From Nitrosopumilus sp. (GTDB lineage: Archaea; Thermoproteota; Nitrososphaeria; Nitrososphaerales; Nitrosopumilaceae): a stretch of 64,000 bases of DNA. Of the stretch, positions 11,316 through 20,485 are shown one piece after another. The first letter of the stretch is position 1. The number at the start of each line of letters is the position of its first letter. The translations under genes were made by a program, and so were the position numbers. The notes beneath the pieces are model-generated. The model was given only the letters and a program-made list of their open reading frames with translations, was not told the DNA's origin and ran no database searches. The stretch spans positions 1,280,001-1,344,000 of the forward strand of contig OZ242041.1 of the NCBI GenBank assembly GCA_965205215.1, in the 5' to 3' direction.

Positions 11316-11778
11316 AATTACCCTGTGTATCTCTTCATACTAAATAAACGTTCTAAACCTGATTCCCTGGTACATGCATGAAGGCCGCGCGGCAGCTGGC
11401 AACGCGCTGTACCGCCTGCCCTTGCTGTCTCCGACATGTCTGCGCTTGGGCTTGGTCCGCCTTCCTTGGCACTTGCATGCGGCAATTCTCCCCTTCTGTC
11501 TTCGTCATCCTGATGTGCACTTGCTGGCAGAAGGGTTGGGGAGGAGAAGGGTTGGGGGGGGGGGGAGGAGACGACAGGGGAGAACAGTGGTGACAGACGC
11601 GGGACTGCACGTCCTGCGATGACTCGCGCCTCGCTGCGCCATCGCCTACCTCGTAGCGGCCGTGCTTCCCCCTCCCCCCGCTTGTAACCTGCGATCAGCT
11701 CTTGTCAAAAAAATAAACTGCTTTTGTTTACATATTTTGAATGCATGCCTTATGGACTCTTTTTTTACATCTGGAGTC

Positions 11779-11982
11779 ATGAGCGACTCCTTCTTTACGA
11801 GTGTGATGGACGAGCTGGTCCAGACTGCCGACGACGATCCCGAACTGGCCGATGGACTCAGGTGGCTTGATGACCAGGCCCAGAGGCGCGGCATCTCGTT
11901 TTACGACATGGCCTTTGAGGTCTTGTACCGTCGCGAACATTCCATGTCCGATCACAGGGCGTGGCTTGACAGCCGCAACTAG
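11779..11982 (+). CDS. Small acidic hypothetical protein (thaumarchaeal type)
   Basis: DPELADGLRWLDDQAQRRGISFYDMAFEVLY reads as a real helical protein. Alternative ATG at 11752. Confidence 0.65.
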   Translation: MSDSFFTSVMDELVQTADDDPELADGLRWLDDQAQRRGISFYDMAFEVLYRREHSMSDHRAWLDSRN

Positions 11983-12122
11983 GATTCTGCATGCTCTGCG
12001 CATGATGGCGGGCGCTTGGACGTGGACCGCCTTGCATCCGAGTCTGTCTGGTGTATCGGCGCGCTGCCGCCGCCTCCTGCGTGCATCATAATTACTGCCG
12101 CAACCCTGATCTGCCGCGCCGG

Positions 12123-13286
12123 CTAGCTGCGCAGGTCGATGGTCTTGTACTCGCACCCCTCGGGGCCGCAGTACTTGCCCACGTAGACTGCCTTTGGCCT
12201 GTACAGCGCGGGCTTGGGCGCGGCCTCTGCGAACTTTTCCTCTATTATGTGGGCGGCCCACCCTACTGAGCGCGATATTGCAAATATCGGGGTGTTGAGG
12301 TCGACGGGTATGCCGAGCATATAGTATATCGACGCGCTGTACAGGTCGACGTTGGGGTAGATGTCTATGCCCTTCTTCGTCTTCATCTCGGACATGGTGG
12401 TGGTCTCCACCCCTTCTGTCATGTCAAACCATCTCTGGCCGGTCTTTGCTGCAAGCTGCCTTGACATCTCCTTTAGCACCTGGGCCCTGGGGTCAAACGT
12501 CTTGTACACTGCGTGGCCCATGCCCATTATCCTCTGGCCCTCCGACAGCCTCTCCTTTATCCACGTCTCTACGTTTTCCTGCTTGTCAATCTCAAGCAGC
12601 ATCTTCATCACCTCTGTGTTCGCACCCCCGTGCAGCTCGCCGCTCAGAGCCCCGATTGCGGCGCTTGAGGCCGAATACATGTGAGCCCTGGTGGAGGCGA
12701 CCTGCCTTGCCGTAAAGGTCGACGCGTTGAACGTGTGGTCCGCGTGCAGTATGAGGCACGTGTCAAATATCTTCTCGACCTCGGGATCCGGCCTGCGCCC
12801 TGACATCATGTATAGGAAGTTGCCAGCATGGGTCAGACTGGGGTCCGGATCTATCGTCTCCTCGCCGTTTCGGAGCCGCTGCCAGCTTGAGACTATGGTC
12901 GGCACCTTTGCGACGAGGTTGATCGCCCTGTCGTAGCTTGCCTCCTTTGTGGAGAACTCCTCGTCGTAGTACCCTGCCAGGGCCGCCACGAAGGCCTGCA
13001 GCATGTCCATGGGATCCGCGTCCTTCCTCCAGTTGGACATGTTCCGCTGCATCTGCCTTGGTATGCTACGCGCGTCTGACAGCTTTGACTTGAACTCGTT
13101 GAGCTGGTGCGTGGTCGGCAGGTGGTCGTAAATCAGTATGTACGCCGTCTCCTCGAACGTGGAGTACTTGGTGAGGTCGATTATGTCGTATCCCCGGTAT
13201 ATCAGCTTGCCCTTCTCGCCGTCGATGTTGGATATCCTGGTGTCCGCAACCTCTATCCCCCTCAGGCCTATATTCTTGGTCTTCAT
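12123..13286 (-). CDS. gltA: Citrate synthase
   Basis: GLRGI, ILHADHTFNAST, LHGGAN, MGMGHAVYK.DPRA, YPNVDLYS. Confidence 0.95.
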   Translation of the reverse strand: MKTKNIGLRGIEVADTRISNIDGEKGKLIYRGYDIIDLTKYSTFEETAYILIYDHLPTTHQLNEFKSKLSDARSIPRQMQRNMSNWRKDADPMDMLQAFVAALAGYYDEEFSTKEASYDRAINLVAKVPTIVSSWQRLRNGEETIDPDPSLTHAGNFLYMMSGRRPDPEVEKIFDTCLILHADHTFNASTFTARQVASTRAHMYSASSAAIGALSGELHGGANTEVMKMLLEIDKQENVETWIKERLSEGQRIMGMGHAVYKTFDPRAQVLKEMSRQLAAKTGQRWFDMTEGVETTTMSEMKTKKGIDIYPNVDLYSASIYYMLGIPVDLNTPIFAISRSVGWAAHIIEEKFAEAAPKPALYRPKAVYVGKYCGPEGCEYKTIDLRS

Positions 13287-13439
13287 GCCACGCGTATGGG
13301 ACGGCGTCTATTTATTCTGTTTTGGAGCGTTTCGCCCACGACGCGCGGCTCTGCACCGCCGAGTTGTGTCAACAAACTTTAGCAAATGGCCTAATAGTTT
13401 AATCCTCTGCCATAAATGCGCATAATGGAAGAATGCAAC

Positions 13440-13661
13440 ATGACCCCTGATGAGCGCAGAAGGCTTCAGGAGCTCGACGACATGGTGCTGGGAGCGTCAC
13501 CGGACGAGCTCCGGCGCATACAGCAAGTGGACTACCGCACGCAGGTGGACGGCCTGCCCTTTTACGACGTGTGCGTGGACTCGGCTGCCCTTGTAAGCGG
13601 CCGGTACGGGGGCAGTGACGGTTATGCCTGCCAGCGCCACGGGAGCCGCCGCCGGGAGTGA
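13440..13661 (+). CDS. Small hypothetical protein
   Basis: MTPDERRRLQELDDMVL...GLPFYD has genome-like codon usage and follows an AT-rich promoter-like segment. Start could be 13416, 13425 or 13440. Confidence 0.55.
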   Translation: MTPDERRRLQELDDMVLGASPDELRRIQQVDYRTQVDGLPFYDVCVDSAALVSGRYGGSDGYACQRHGSRRRE

Positions 13662-13772
13662 CGCTTCTTGCTTGTGCGCGGGAGCCGCCGGCGGTTGCAT
13701 TTTGGCTGACTTGTGGTTTTTTCGCACATCCTGATTCTCCATTTAAATTGAGGCGCCCTCGTGCGGTTTTGT

Positions 13773-15017
13773 ATGGCCTCTGCTACCACTACAAAGCCCC
13801 ACGCTAGCCGTACTCCGACGGCATCCGCGTCCGCCGGGACGCGCGCGGCCAAAAAAAGGACCGCTGCTGCCACCGCGGCGTCACCACCATCATCTGGCAG
13901 GGCCGCGAGAGGCTCTGCTGCTGCAAAGGCGTCCGGGACCGCGCGGGCCGCTGCCAAAAGGACGCCTCCGGCAGGCGCCGCGAAGACTGCGCCCGCAAAA
14001 ACCCGGAAGGCGAGGGGGCGCGCGGCCGCGCCAAAGCGCACCCGAGTCGTGTGCCTCTCGCACAGGGAGGACCTGGACGGGATAAGCGCCGCCGCGCTGG
14101 TAAAGCAGGCCCACGGCGGGGAGACGGTCCTGACTGACTACCCGGGACAGATGAAGGCCCTTGAGGAGATTGCGGCCGAACCGTCCCTCAAAAAATTGTT
14201 CATATGCGATCTCGGACTCAGCAAGAAAAACCAGGACGAGTTTGTCGATATCGTCTCGTCGCTTCGAAAAAAGCGCGTGCCCGTCACGTACGTGGATCAC
14301 CACGCGATAGATGCCGGCACGGCGCGGCGCCTCTCGAACCTGGGCGTGCGCATGATACACAACACAAACGAATGCGCGTCGGTGCTCGTGTACGACTCGT
14401 TCAAGTCAAAGATGTCGGACCATGCGACGTTTGTCGCCTCGTGCGCCGCCATAACGGACTATATGGAGGACAGGCCCCTGGGCTCGCGGCTGCTGCAGAT
14501 GTACGACAGGCAGTTTGCCCTGATCAGCGCGACGGTAATGACGTACAACATCGTCGGGCACCAAAAGGACGGCGCATACCTGCAGTCGCTGGTCGACGCG
14601 CTGGCCGACTCGAAGTTTCCGCACGAGATCCCCGGCTCCTTTGAGTTTGCGCAGTCCCAGGTCGAGCGGCTCTCTGAGATGATTGCAAAGGTAAAGGCCG
14701 GCCTCAGAAGGACCAGGAACCTTGCGCACATGGAGATAACCGACGCGGGGGCCGGCGGCGCCGTGAACTTTGTGCTGGGCCTGTCCGGCAAGGACGTGGG
14801 CGTGGCATACAAGGCAAAGAAGAACGAGGACTTTTACTCCGTGTCCGTACGCGGCTCCAGGTCCTGCAGGGTGCACTTGGGCAAGATTGTAAACGTGTTG
14901 GCCGCCGAGCTGGGGGGTTCTGGAGGCGGCCACGACAAGGCATGCGGCGCCCTGATCCCGCTTGCAAGGATCAAAAAGTTCGTCTCGGAGCTTAACAAGC
15001 GGATCGCCGCCGCGTAA
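13773..15017 (+). CDS. DHH/DHHA1 family phosphoesterase with Ala/Lys/Pro/Thr-rich N-terminal extension
   Basis: SHREDLDG, ICDLG, YVDHH and GGSGGGHDKACGA motifs. Confidence 0.88.
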   Translation: MASATTTKPHASRTPTASASAGTRAAKKRTAAATAASPPSSGRAARGSAAAKASGTARAAAKRTPPAGAAKTAPAKTRKARGRAAAPKRTRVVCLSHREDLDGISAAALVKQAHGGETVLTDYPGQMKALEEIAAEPSLKKLFICDLGLSKKNQDEFVDIVSSLRKKRVPVTYVDHHAIDAGTARRLSNLGVRMIHNTNECASVLVYDSFKSKMSDHATFVASCAAITDYMEDRPLGSRLLQMYDRQFALISATVMTYNIVGHQKDGAYLQSLVDALADSKFPHEIPGSFEFAQSQVERLSEMIAKVKAGLRRTRNLAHMEITDAGAGGAVNFVLGLSGKDVGVAYKAKKNEDFYSVSVRGSRSCRVHLGKIVNVLAAELGGSGGGHDKACGALIPLARIKKFVSELNKRIAAA

Positions 15018-15083
15018 TGCCCGCCTGTACGGGACGCCTCCGCGCGCCGTGACTCGCGCGCGACACTTGTCCCTGCTGCACTG

Positions 15084-15479
15084 TTATGCCGACCCTGCAG
15101 CGTCGTGTGCATCGTCAAGCTTTATTGCAAACGCAAAGAGCTCGCCCTTGCCGCCGGTGAGGGACCTTGCCAGGCGGGCCATCATTCCGTACTTTTTGTC
15201 CCGCGCCTTTACCGCCGCGTCAGTCTGCTCCCCGTCCAGTATGACGGCCCCGCCTGACGCCCACGGCCCCTTGACCCTGCCCCTTATGGTGCACGGCGCA
15301 ATCCTGACCCTGCAGTTGGCCCTGAGCCGCTTTGCCTTGCCCGTCTCGGATCTCGTGACCACGATCACCCGCCCATCCCTGACGTGAAACCAGACCGGCG
15401 TCCTCACCGGCGTGCCATCCCTCTTGTAGGTCTCTACCGTGATGTACTTTTGCCGCTCCATCATGGCTGCAACGTCCAT
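15084..15479 (-). CDS. PPOX-class F420-dependent oxidoreductase
   Basis: YITVETYKRDGTPVRTPVW and TGKAKRLRAN.RVRIAPC..RG. Confidence 0.88.
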   Translation of the reverse strand: MDVAAMMERQKYITVETYKRDGTPVRTPVWFHVRDGRVIVVTRSETGKAKRLRANCRVRIAPCTIRGRVKGPWASGGAVILDGEQTDAAVKARDKKYGMMARLARSLTGGKGELFAFAIKLDDAHDAAGSA

Positions 15480-15578
15480 GCTGCCTGAGTGTACACGCCG
15501 CACAATAAAAAGCAAGGCTGCACGGGTTCCGGAGCCGGATACGTCGGGCCGCACGCCTTGCGGCAGCCGCGTGCGCGG

Positions 15579-16055
15579 CTAGCCCTTCGCCTGTATTACG
15601 GCCCCTATCTCCGTCATGACGCCAAGCGGGAGGCTCGAGGCGCCAACTGCCATCCTGCTGTGGCTCCCCCTGTCGCCTCCGAATATCCCCACAAGCAGGT
15701 CGGATGCCGCGTTGATTACCTTGGGATGCTGTGTAAACTCCGGCGCGCTGTTGACAAAGCCTGTCAGCGACACTATTTTCTCGACCTTTTCGAGATCGTT
15801 CAGGTACGACTTTGCCTGCGCCAGTATGTTTATGGCGCATAGGCGTGCTGACTCTTGGGCCCTTGCGATGTTCGAGTCTGACACCTTTCCTGCGAACATT
15901 ATCTTGCCGTCCCTTTGCGGGATCTGTCCTGAGACGTAAAGCAGGTCGCCGGATCTCACAACCGGGACATACGAACCGGCCGGGGGCGCCGGGGCGCTCG
16001 GCAGCACGATTCCCATCTCGTTCATCCTCCCCTCTATCATGCTACGACGTGGCAT
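15579..16055 (-). CDS. RidA/YjgF family protein
   Basis: GSYVPVVRSGDLLYVSGQIP, VINAASDLL..IFG..G.HSR.AVG..SLP. Confidence 0.9.
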   Translation of the reverse strand: MPRRSMIEGRMNEMGIVLPSAPAPPAGSYVPVVRSGDLLYVSGQIPQRDGKIMFAGKVSDSNIARAQESARLCAINILAQAKSYLNDLEKVEKIVSLTGFVNSAPEFTQHPKVINAASDLLVGIFGGDRGSHSRMAVGASSLPLGVMTEIGAVIQAKG

Positions 16056-16067
16056 GTCGGTCTGTTT

Positions 16068-17294
16068 TTAGTTTTTGTCTATACGTATGTGGAACCTTTC
16101 GCCCGTGTCGCCGTGCTTGGGGGGCGTATTGTTCTGCCTGACCGTCCTTATGGCATATCCGCGCCCGCGCAGGTATCCCTCGAGCATGGAGACCCAGGGA
16201 AGCGAACTGCTGCTGTTCTGGGGGGACTCTATCGTGACGTTTCGGCCCCTCGCATCCATGCAGGCGCTCCCCGAGCACATGATCTGCATTATGGCATCGA
16301 ACATGTCGAGCACCTCGCCGAGCGGCCTTTTGGAGTCTGGCGCTATTCCATCCCGTTCTAGCAGCCCGTATAGTCTTGCAGTATGGCCGCTGTTGTTGCC
16401 GTTGCCGTCATCCCCGTCGTCGTTCCTTGGATCTGCCCCGGCCATCTCCCCTAGCAGGTACTGCAGTCCGCCCGTACCCGTTGTGCTTATGATGCGGCAT
16501 ATCTGGCGCGCATCCTCCGGGGCCATGTCCGCAAGAACATCAACTGGCATGGACTCCGACCACATCTTCTCAAATATCGCCGTATGCGCCGAGCCGAGCG
16601 TAGGGGCCGACTCGAATACCGCCCCGCGCCCGTCGGCTCCGTCGAGAATCATCACGTCCGTCCCGTCAAATACGATGCAGCTTCCCGACACACCGTGAGA
16701 GGCCCTGGCCTCCACGCCGCGCGGCAGCGCCCTGTGCTGCTCGGAGCATACCTCGCCGTGCGGTATGACGCACCTGATCCTCACGTCCTTCTTCTGCGCA
16801 GCAAGCAGCTGGTCCCTGCATCCGGACAAGAGGCCCAGGCCCCCGTCGTCGGCAGTTATTGTGATGGACGCCTCTGCGCTGATCGTCATCTCCTGGAGCT
16901 TTGGAAGCACGCTGCCCGTCCCTATCTGCATGTAGCGCTTCTCCTCCGAGTCACCTGCCCTCCTGTTCATCTCGCTTATGTTCTTGAGGTCCGCCACGAG
17001 CGCGTTCATTGCGGTCACCTTCTGGATCTGCTCGTGTATGATGCCATCAAAGGCGTCCTCCGGCCGGACCGCCGTGCACACCATCGCGGACTTTGTGTTG
17101 GAGGTTATGGCAAGGTTCTTGCTTGCAAGCTTTTTCATTGTGGAGTATATCTTGGCCCTCGGGATCTCCGAGTAGAACGCCAAGTCGCCTGCCGACATTG
17201 TCCCCTTTGTTATCAGGGCGACGTACGCGCGCGCCTCGTACCTGCTGAGGCCCAGCTCCTCTAGGCTGACTGTAAGCGCGCTCTCACCCTCCAT
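16068..17294 (-). CDS. TrmB family transcriptional regulator
   Basis: LEELGLSRYEARAYVAL...SEIPRAKIYSTMKKL helix-turn-helix followed by a PLD-like effector domain. Confidence 0.85.
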   Translation of the reverse strand: MEGESALTVSLEELGLSRYEARAYVALITKGTMSAGDLAFYSEIPRAKIYSTMKKLASKNLAITSNTKSAMVCTAVRPEDAFDGIIHEQIQKVTAMNALVADLKNISEMNRRAGDSEEKRYMQIGTGSVLPKLQEMTISAEASITITADDGGLGLLSGCRDQLLAAQKKDVRIRCVIPHGEVCSEQHRALPRGVEARASHGVSGSCIVFDGTDVMILDGADGRGAVFESAPTLGSAHTAIFEKMWSESMPVDVLADMAPEDARQICRIISTTGTGGLQYLLGEMAGADPRNDDGDDGNGNNSGHTARLYGLLERDGIAPDSKRPLGEVLDMFDAIMQIMCSGSACMDARGRNVTIESPQNSSSSLPWVSMLEGYLRGRGYAIRTVRQNNTPPKHGDTGERFHIRIDKN

Positions 17295-17447
17295 ACATGT
17301 GTGTCGCAGCACCCATAACTAAGCTGCAAAGTTAAATTCGTTTGAACAACTGATAAAAAATTTCCTAGTAACTGCGCCCGTGCGTGACCGCGGTCACTCC
17401 GTGCGGAAGCACAACCCGCTCAAATACGCGCCGCGCAACATGCATGC

Positions 17448-18113
17448 ATGCTGGCATCGGACTTGCAGGTGGGCATGAAGGGGCACGCGGCCGCCGGGAG
17501 CGCCGTGCGCGGCGTCACCGCGGGGCGTGCGGGGCACGGCGCGGGCTCCCTGCACTGGACGAACCCCGCCACGGTCGGCGCTGCCATCACTGCCTCTGGC
17601 ATACTTACGAGGCTAGAACTTGCCACGGCCGCGCTTGACTCCGCGATTGCGTCCATGAGGGGGCAGGTGCGCGACGTGCGCGCACGCAACAGGAGGCTGG
17701 CCCCTAGGTACGACCCCTGCAACGAGGTGCACGCCAAGTCGATGGGACTGGAGCACGCGATGTCCGTCATGCTTGAGGCGCTGGACCGCGCCCGCCAGAG
17801 GATGGTGACGCCTGCCACGGCGCGCCAGATGCCACGCGCGCTGCTGCCTGCGCTGTATGTGGTGCGCACCGCACACATGCAGCTGGCCCAGGACGCGGCA
17901 CCCGAGTGCCAGAGAAGCCTGCACAACGCGTCTGCACATCTGGGCGGCATCATTCTGGACGCGGCCACCATATCTGGCTCCAACCTGAGCCTTGACCGGT
18001 CCAACGCGGAGGTCTCGGCAATATTTGATCAAGCAAAATTGATCGTCGACTCTAAATTAAGAAAGCAGTATGATAAACTAGAGATACCGGGAGCATGCAG
18101 ACGATGCTGCTAG
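17448..18113 (+). CDS. Divergent ESCRT-III (CdvB3-like / Snf7) protein
   Basis: All-helical pattern with a CdvB-like tail (SAIFDQAKLIVDSKL), two genes upstream of a Vps4/CdvC ATPase. Start uncertain. Confidence 0.55.
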   Translation: MLASDLQVGMKGHAAAGSAVRGVTAGRAGHGAGSLHWTNPATVGAAITASGILTRLELATAALDSAIASMRGQVRDVRARNRRLAPRYDPCNEVHAKSMGLEHAMSVMLEALDRARQRMVTPATARQMPRALLPALYVVRTAHMQLAQDAAPECQRSLHNASAHLGGIILDAATISGSNLSLDRSNAEVSAIFDQAKLIVDSKLRKQYDKLEIPGACRRCC

Positions 18114-18838
18114 GCAAGATACGGCGCCCGGCGACAAACAGACAGGGGTTTGACGCGGCCGCCTCCCTGATTGGCCAGGAGAAGGCGCGACGTGCGGCCG
18201 GTGACGACACGGCCGGCGCCTCCATAAAGAGCGCCGCCTGCAGTTGTGGCGATGACAGTAAAAATAATTGCAACGATGCCGCCCGCGCCGCAGCTCCTCA
18301 GTCGGCCGGGACAGAGGAGCCGTGCATCGACTTCATATCGGCCGATGACATGCGGCGCCTTGATGATGGCGAGCTGGTGGACCTGGGCAGACTCGTCTGG
18401 ATTGCCGAGTATATCTCGACAAAGCATGCCGAGAAGGGAGCCCTTGGGGACGTGACAGGCCAGCTTATGTCCATAATACGCAACTCTGCAGAGTCCCTCG
18501 ACGTCATAGAGGACGACGTGCAGGAGATGCTGATCTCGGCGCAGGCGTCATTTGAACGCATAAGGGAGATGCACACGCGCATGTGCGGAGACGGATCCGA
18601 TTCTCTAGGTGGCGGGATCAGATCCGAACCTGGGACGGACTCCTATGCCGAGGCGGGGCCGGTGGCGACCGTGGCATCTGCCGCAGGATCCGCCAAGGAG
18701 GCAGTAGCCGATACTGCTGTTCGCTCCGTTGCCACCACCGCCGCCGCCGAAGAGGAGCCGGCAAAAGAGGCCGCATCGTGTGGCAGCCTGGGATGTAGCG
18801 CGATGCCGAACCTGGCCGACATCGAGATCAAGAACTAG
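18095..18838 (+). CDS. Hypothetical coiled-coil protein in the cdv locus
   Basis: Amphipathic helical core (LESLDVIEDDVQEMLISAQASFERI-type segment) with low-complexity termini; ends DIEIKN. Confidence 0.65.
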   Translation: MQTMLLGKIRRPATNRQGFDAAASLIGQEKARRAAGDDTAGASIKSAACSCGDDSKNNCNDAARAAAPQSAGTEEPCIDFISADDMRRLDDGELVDLGRLVWIAEYISTKHAEKGALGDVTGQLMSIIRNSAESLDVIEDDVQEMLISAQASFERIREMHTRMCGDGSDSLGGGIRSEPGTDSYAEAGPVATVASAAGSAKEAVADTAVRSVATTAAAEEEPAKEAASCGSLGCSAMPNLADIEIKN

Positions 18839-19086
18839 CAGACAGCCTGCGGCCTTGCACACGCCTAGTTGACTTGCACGCCTGTGGTTACATCTACCCT
18901 CTGGCCGCGGTGCTTCCCCCTATCCACGGGACTCTACGCGTATGTTGACGCCTTTTTCCCGCACGCGCGTGGCAAAAACCCCCCGAATCGGGGGCCGTCC
19001 GTACATGAATGGTGCAAAAAATTTGACATCTAGGTATGCGTTAGTTCACATTGCCTTATACTAATTGTACCGGGCATCACACAAAC

Positions 19087-20343
19087 ATGAGCCAGACTCC
19101 AAGCGATCCCGAGGTGCTGCGGCCGCCGATGGGGCCCTCCGACGACCCGTCCATGAGCGCGCCCCAGCAGCTGGAGCGCACCGCAAGCATGTGCGCAAAC
19201 GAGGCCATAAAGTGCGACTCGCAGGGGGCGCGGGGCATGGCGATTACGTACTACCAGCAGGCGATAGACGCGCTGGTGAAACTCATCAACCTGTACCCCT
19301 CAAGCAAGCTCAACCCGCTGTACAAGGACAAGTGCAACTCGTACCATGAGAGGATAACCGTACTGCAGCAGGCCCACGGGGTGGAGCCGGCAGTTGACCC
19401 GTCTGCCACGCCCGAGGAGCAGAAAAAGTCGATACAGCGCCAGGAGGACGAGAACGACTTTGAGGATCTCATAATGCGGGACAAGCCCGACGTGACATGG
19501 GACCAGGTGGTGGGGCTAGAGGAGGCAAAGAGCTCGCTGCGCGAGTCGATCGTGTACCCCACAAAGCGCCCCGATCTGTTTCCGCTTGGATGGCCAAAGG
19601 GCATGCTCCTGTACGGCCCGCCCGGGACGGGCAAGACAATGCTGGCCGCGGCCACCGCAAACGAGATGGACGGCTACTTTATCAGCGCCGACGCCTCCTC
19701 GCTGATGAGCAAGTGGCTTGGCGAGGCCGAAAAGAACGTCTCGAAGCTGTTCGACATGGCGCGCCACTACGCGGAGAAGGAGTCCAAGCCGGTGATCCTG
19801 TTCCTGGACGAGGTGGACTCCCTGCTCGGCTCGAGGCAGAACGAGATAGGGGGCGAGTCGCGCTCCAGAAACCAGTTTCTCACCGAGATGGACGGCATCA
19901 ACACGAAGGGCAAGGAGCTCATGCTGTATGTCATAGGCGCCACCAACAAGCCGTGGACGCTTGACTGGCCGTTCCTGCGGAGGTTCCAGAAGAGGATATA
20001 CGTGTCGCTTCCCACCCAGGACGCGCGGCAAAACCTGTTTGAGCAGTACACCGCAAAGCTGAAGACCGACTACCGGCTCAACAGCGCGGGGCTGGCAAAG
20101 CTGTTTGACGGGTACAGCGCAAGCGACATCAAGGACATATGCCAGGCCGCGCAGATCATGACGGTCCATGAGATATTCGAGTCGCCGGACTACAAGGAGC
20201 CCGTGGAGGGAGACGAGCCCCCGCAGCCGAGGGACCTGACGATGTCCGACTTTAGAAAGATAATGGAGCGCCGCAAGCCGAGCGTCTCGCCGGACATGAT
20301 CCGCTCGTACCACCAGTGGAGCACCGAGTACCAGGCGCTCTGA
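19087..20343 (+). CDS. cdvC: Vps4-like cell division AAA+ ATPase CdvC (MIT + AAA)
   Basis: N-terminal MIT domain, LLYGPPGTGKT, SKWLGEAEK, FLDEVDSL, ATNKPW.LD..FLRRFQKRIYV. Confidence 0.92.
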   Translation: MSQTPSDPEVLRPPMGPSDDPSMSAPQQLERTASMCANEAIKCDSQGARGMAITYYQQAIDALVKLINLYPSSKLNPLYKDKCNSYHERITVLQQAHGVEPAVDPSATPEEQKKSIQRQEDENDFEDLIMRDKPDVTWDQVVGLEEAKSSLRESIVYPTKRPDLFPLGWPKGMLLYGPPGTGKTMLAAATANEMDGYFISADASSLMSKWLGEAEKNVSKLFDMARHYAEKESKPVILFLDEVDSLLGSRQNEIGGESRSRNQFLTEMDGINTKGKELMLYVIGATNKPWTLDWPFLRRFQKRIYVSLPTQDARQNLFEQYTAKLKTDYRLNSAGLAKLFDGYSASDIKDICQAAQIMTVHEIFESPDYKEPVEGDEPPQPRDLTMSDFRKIMERRKPSVSPDMIRSYHQWSTEYQAL

Positions 20344-20485
20344 TGACGCACTGACGGCGCCCCCCCTACCTGCAGGCGTCGGGCCTGCATGGAGCCCCAA
20401 TCCGCCACGCTGCTGGCGGCACGCTGCCCGTCCCATGGCGCAGGGCGGCTGCGATCCGTTTCATAAAATTTAAATTTAAACCGCC

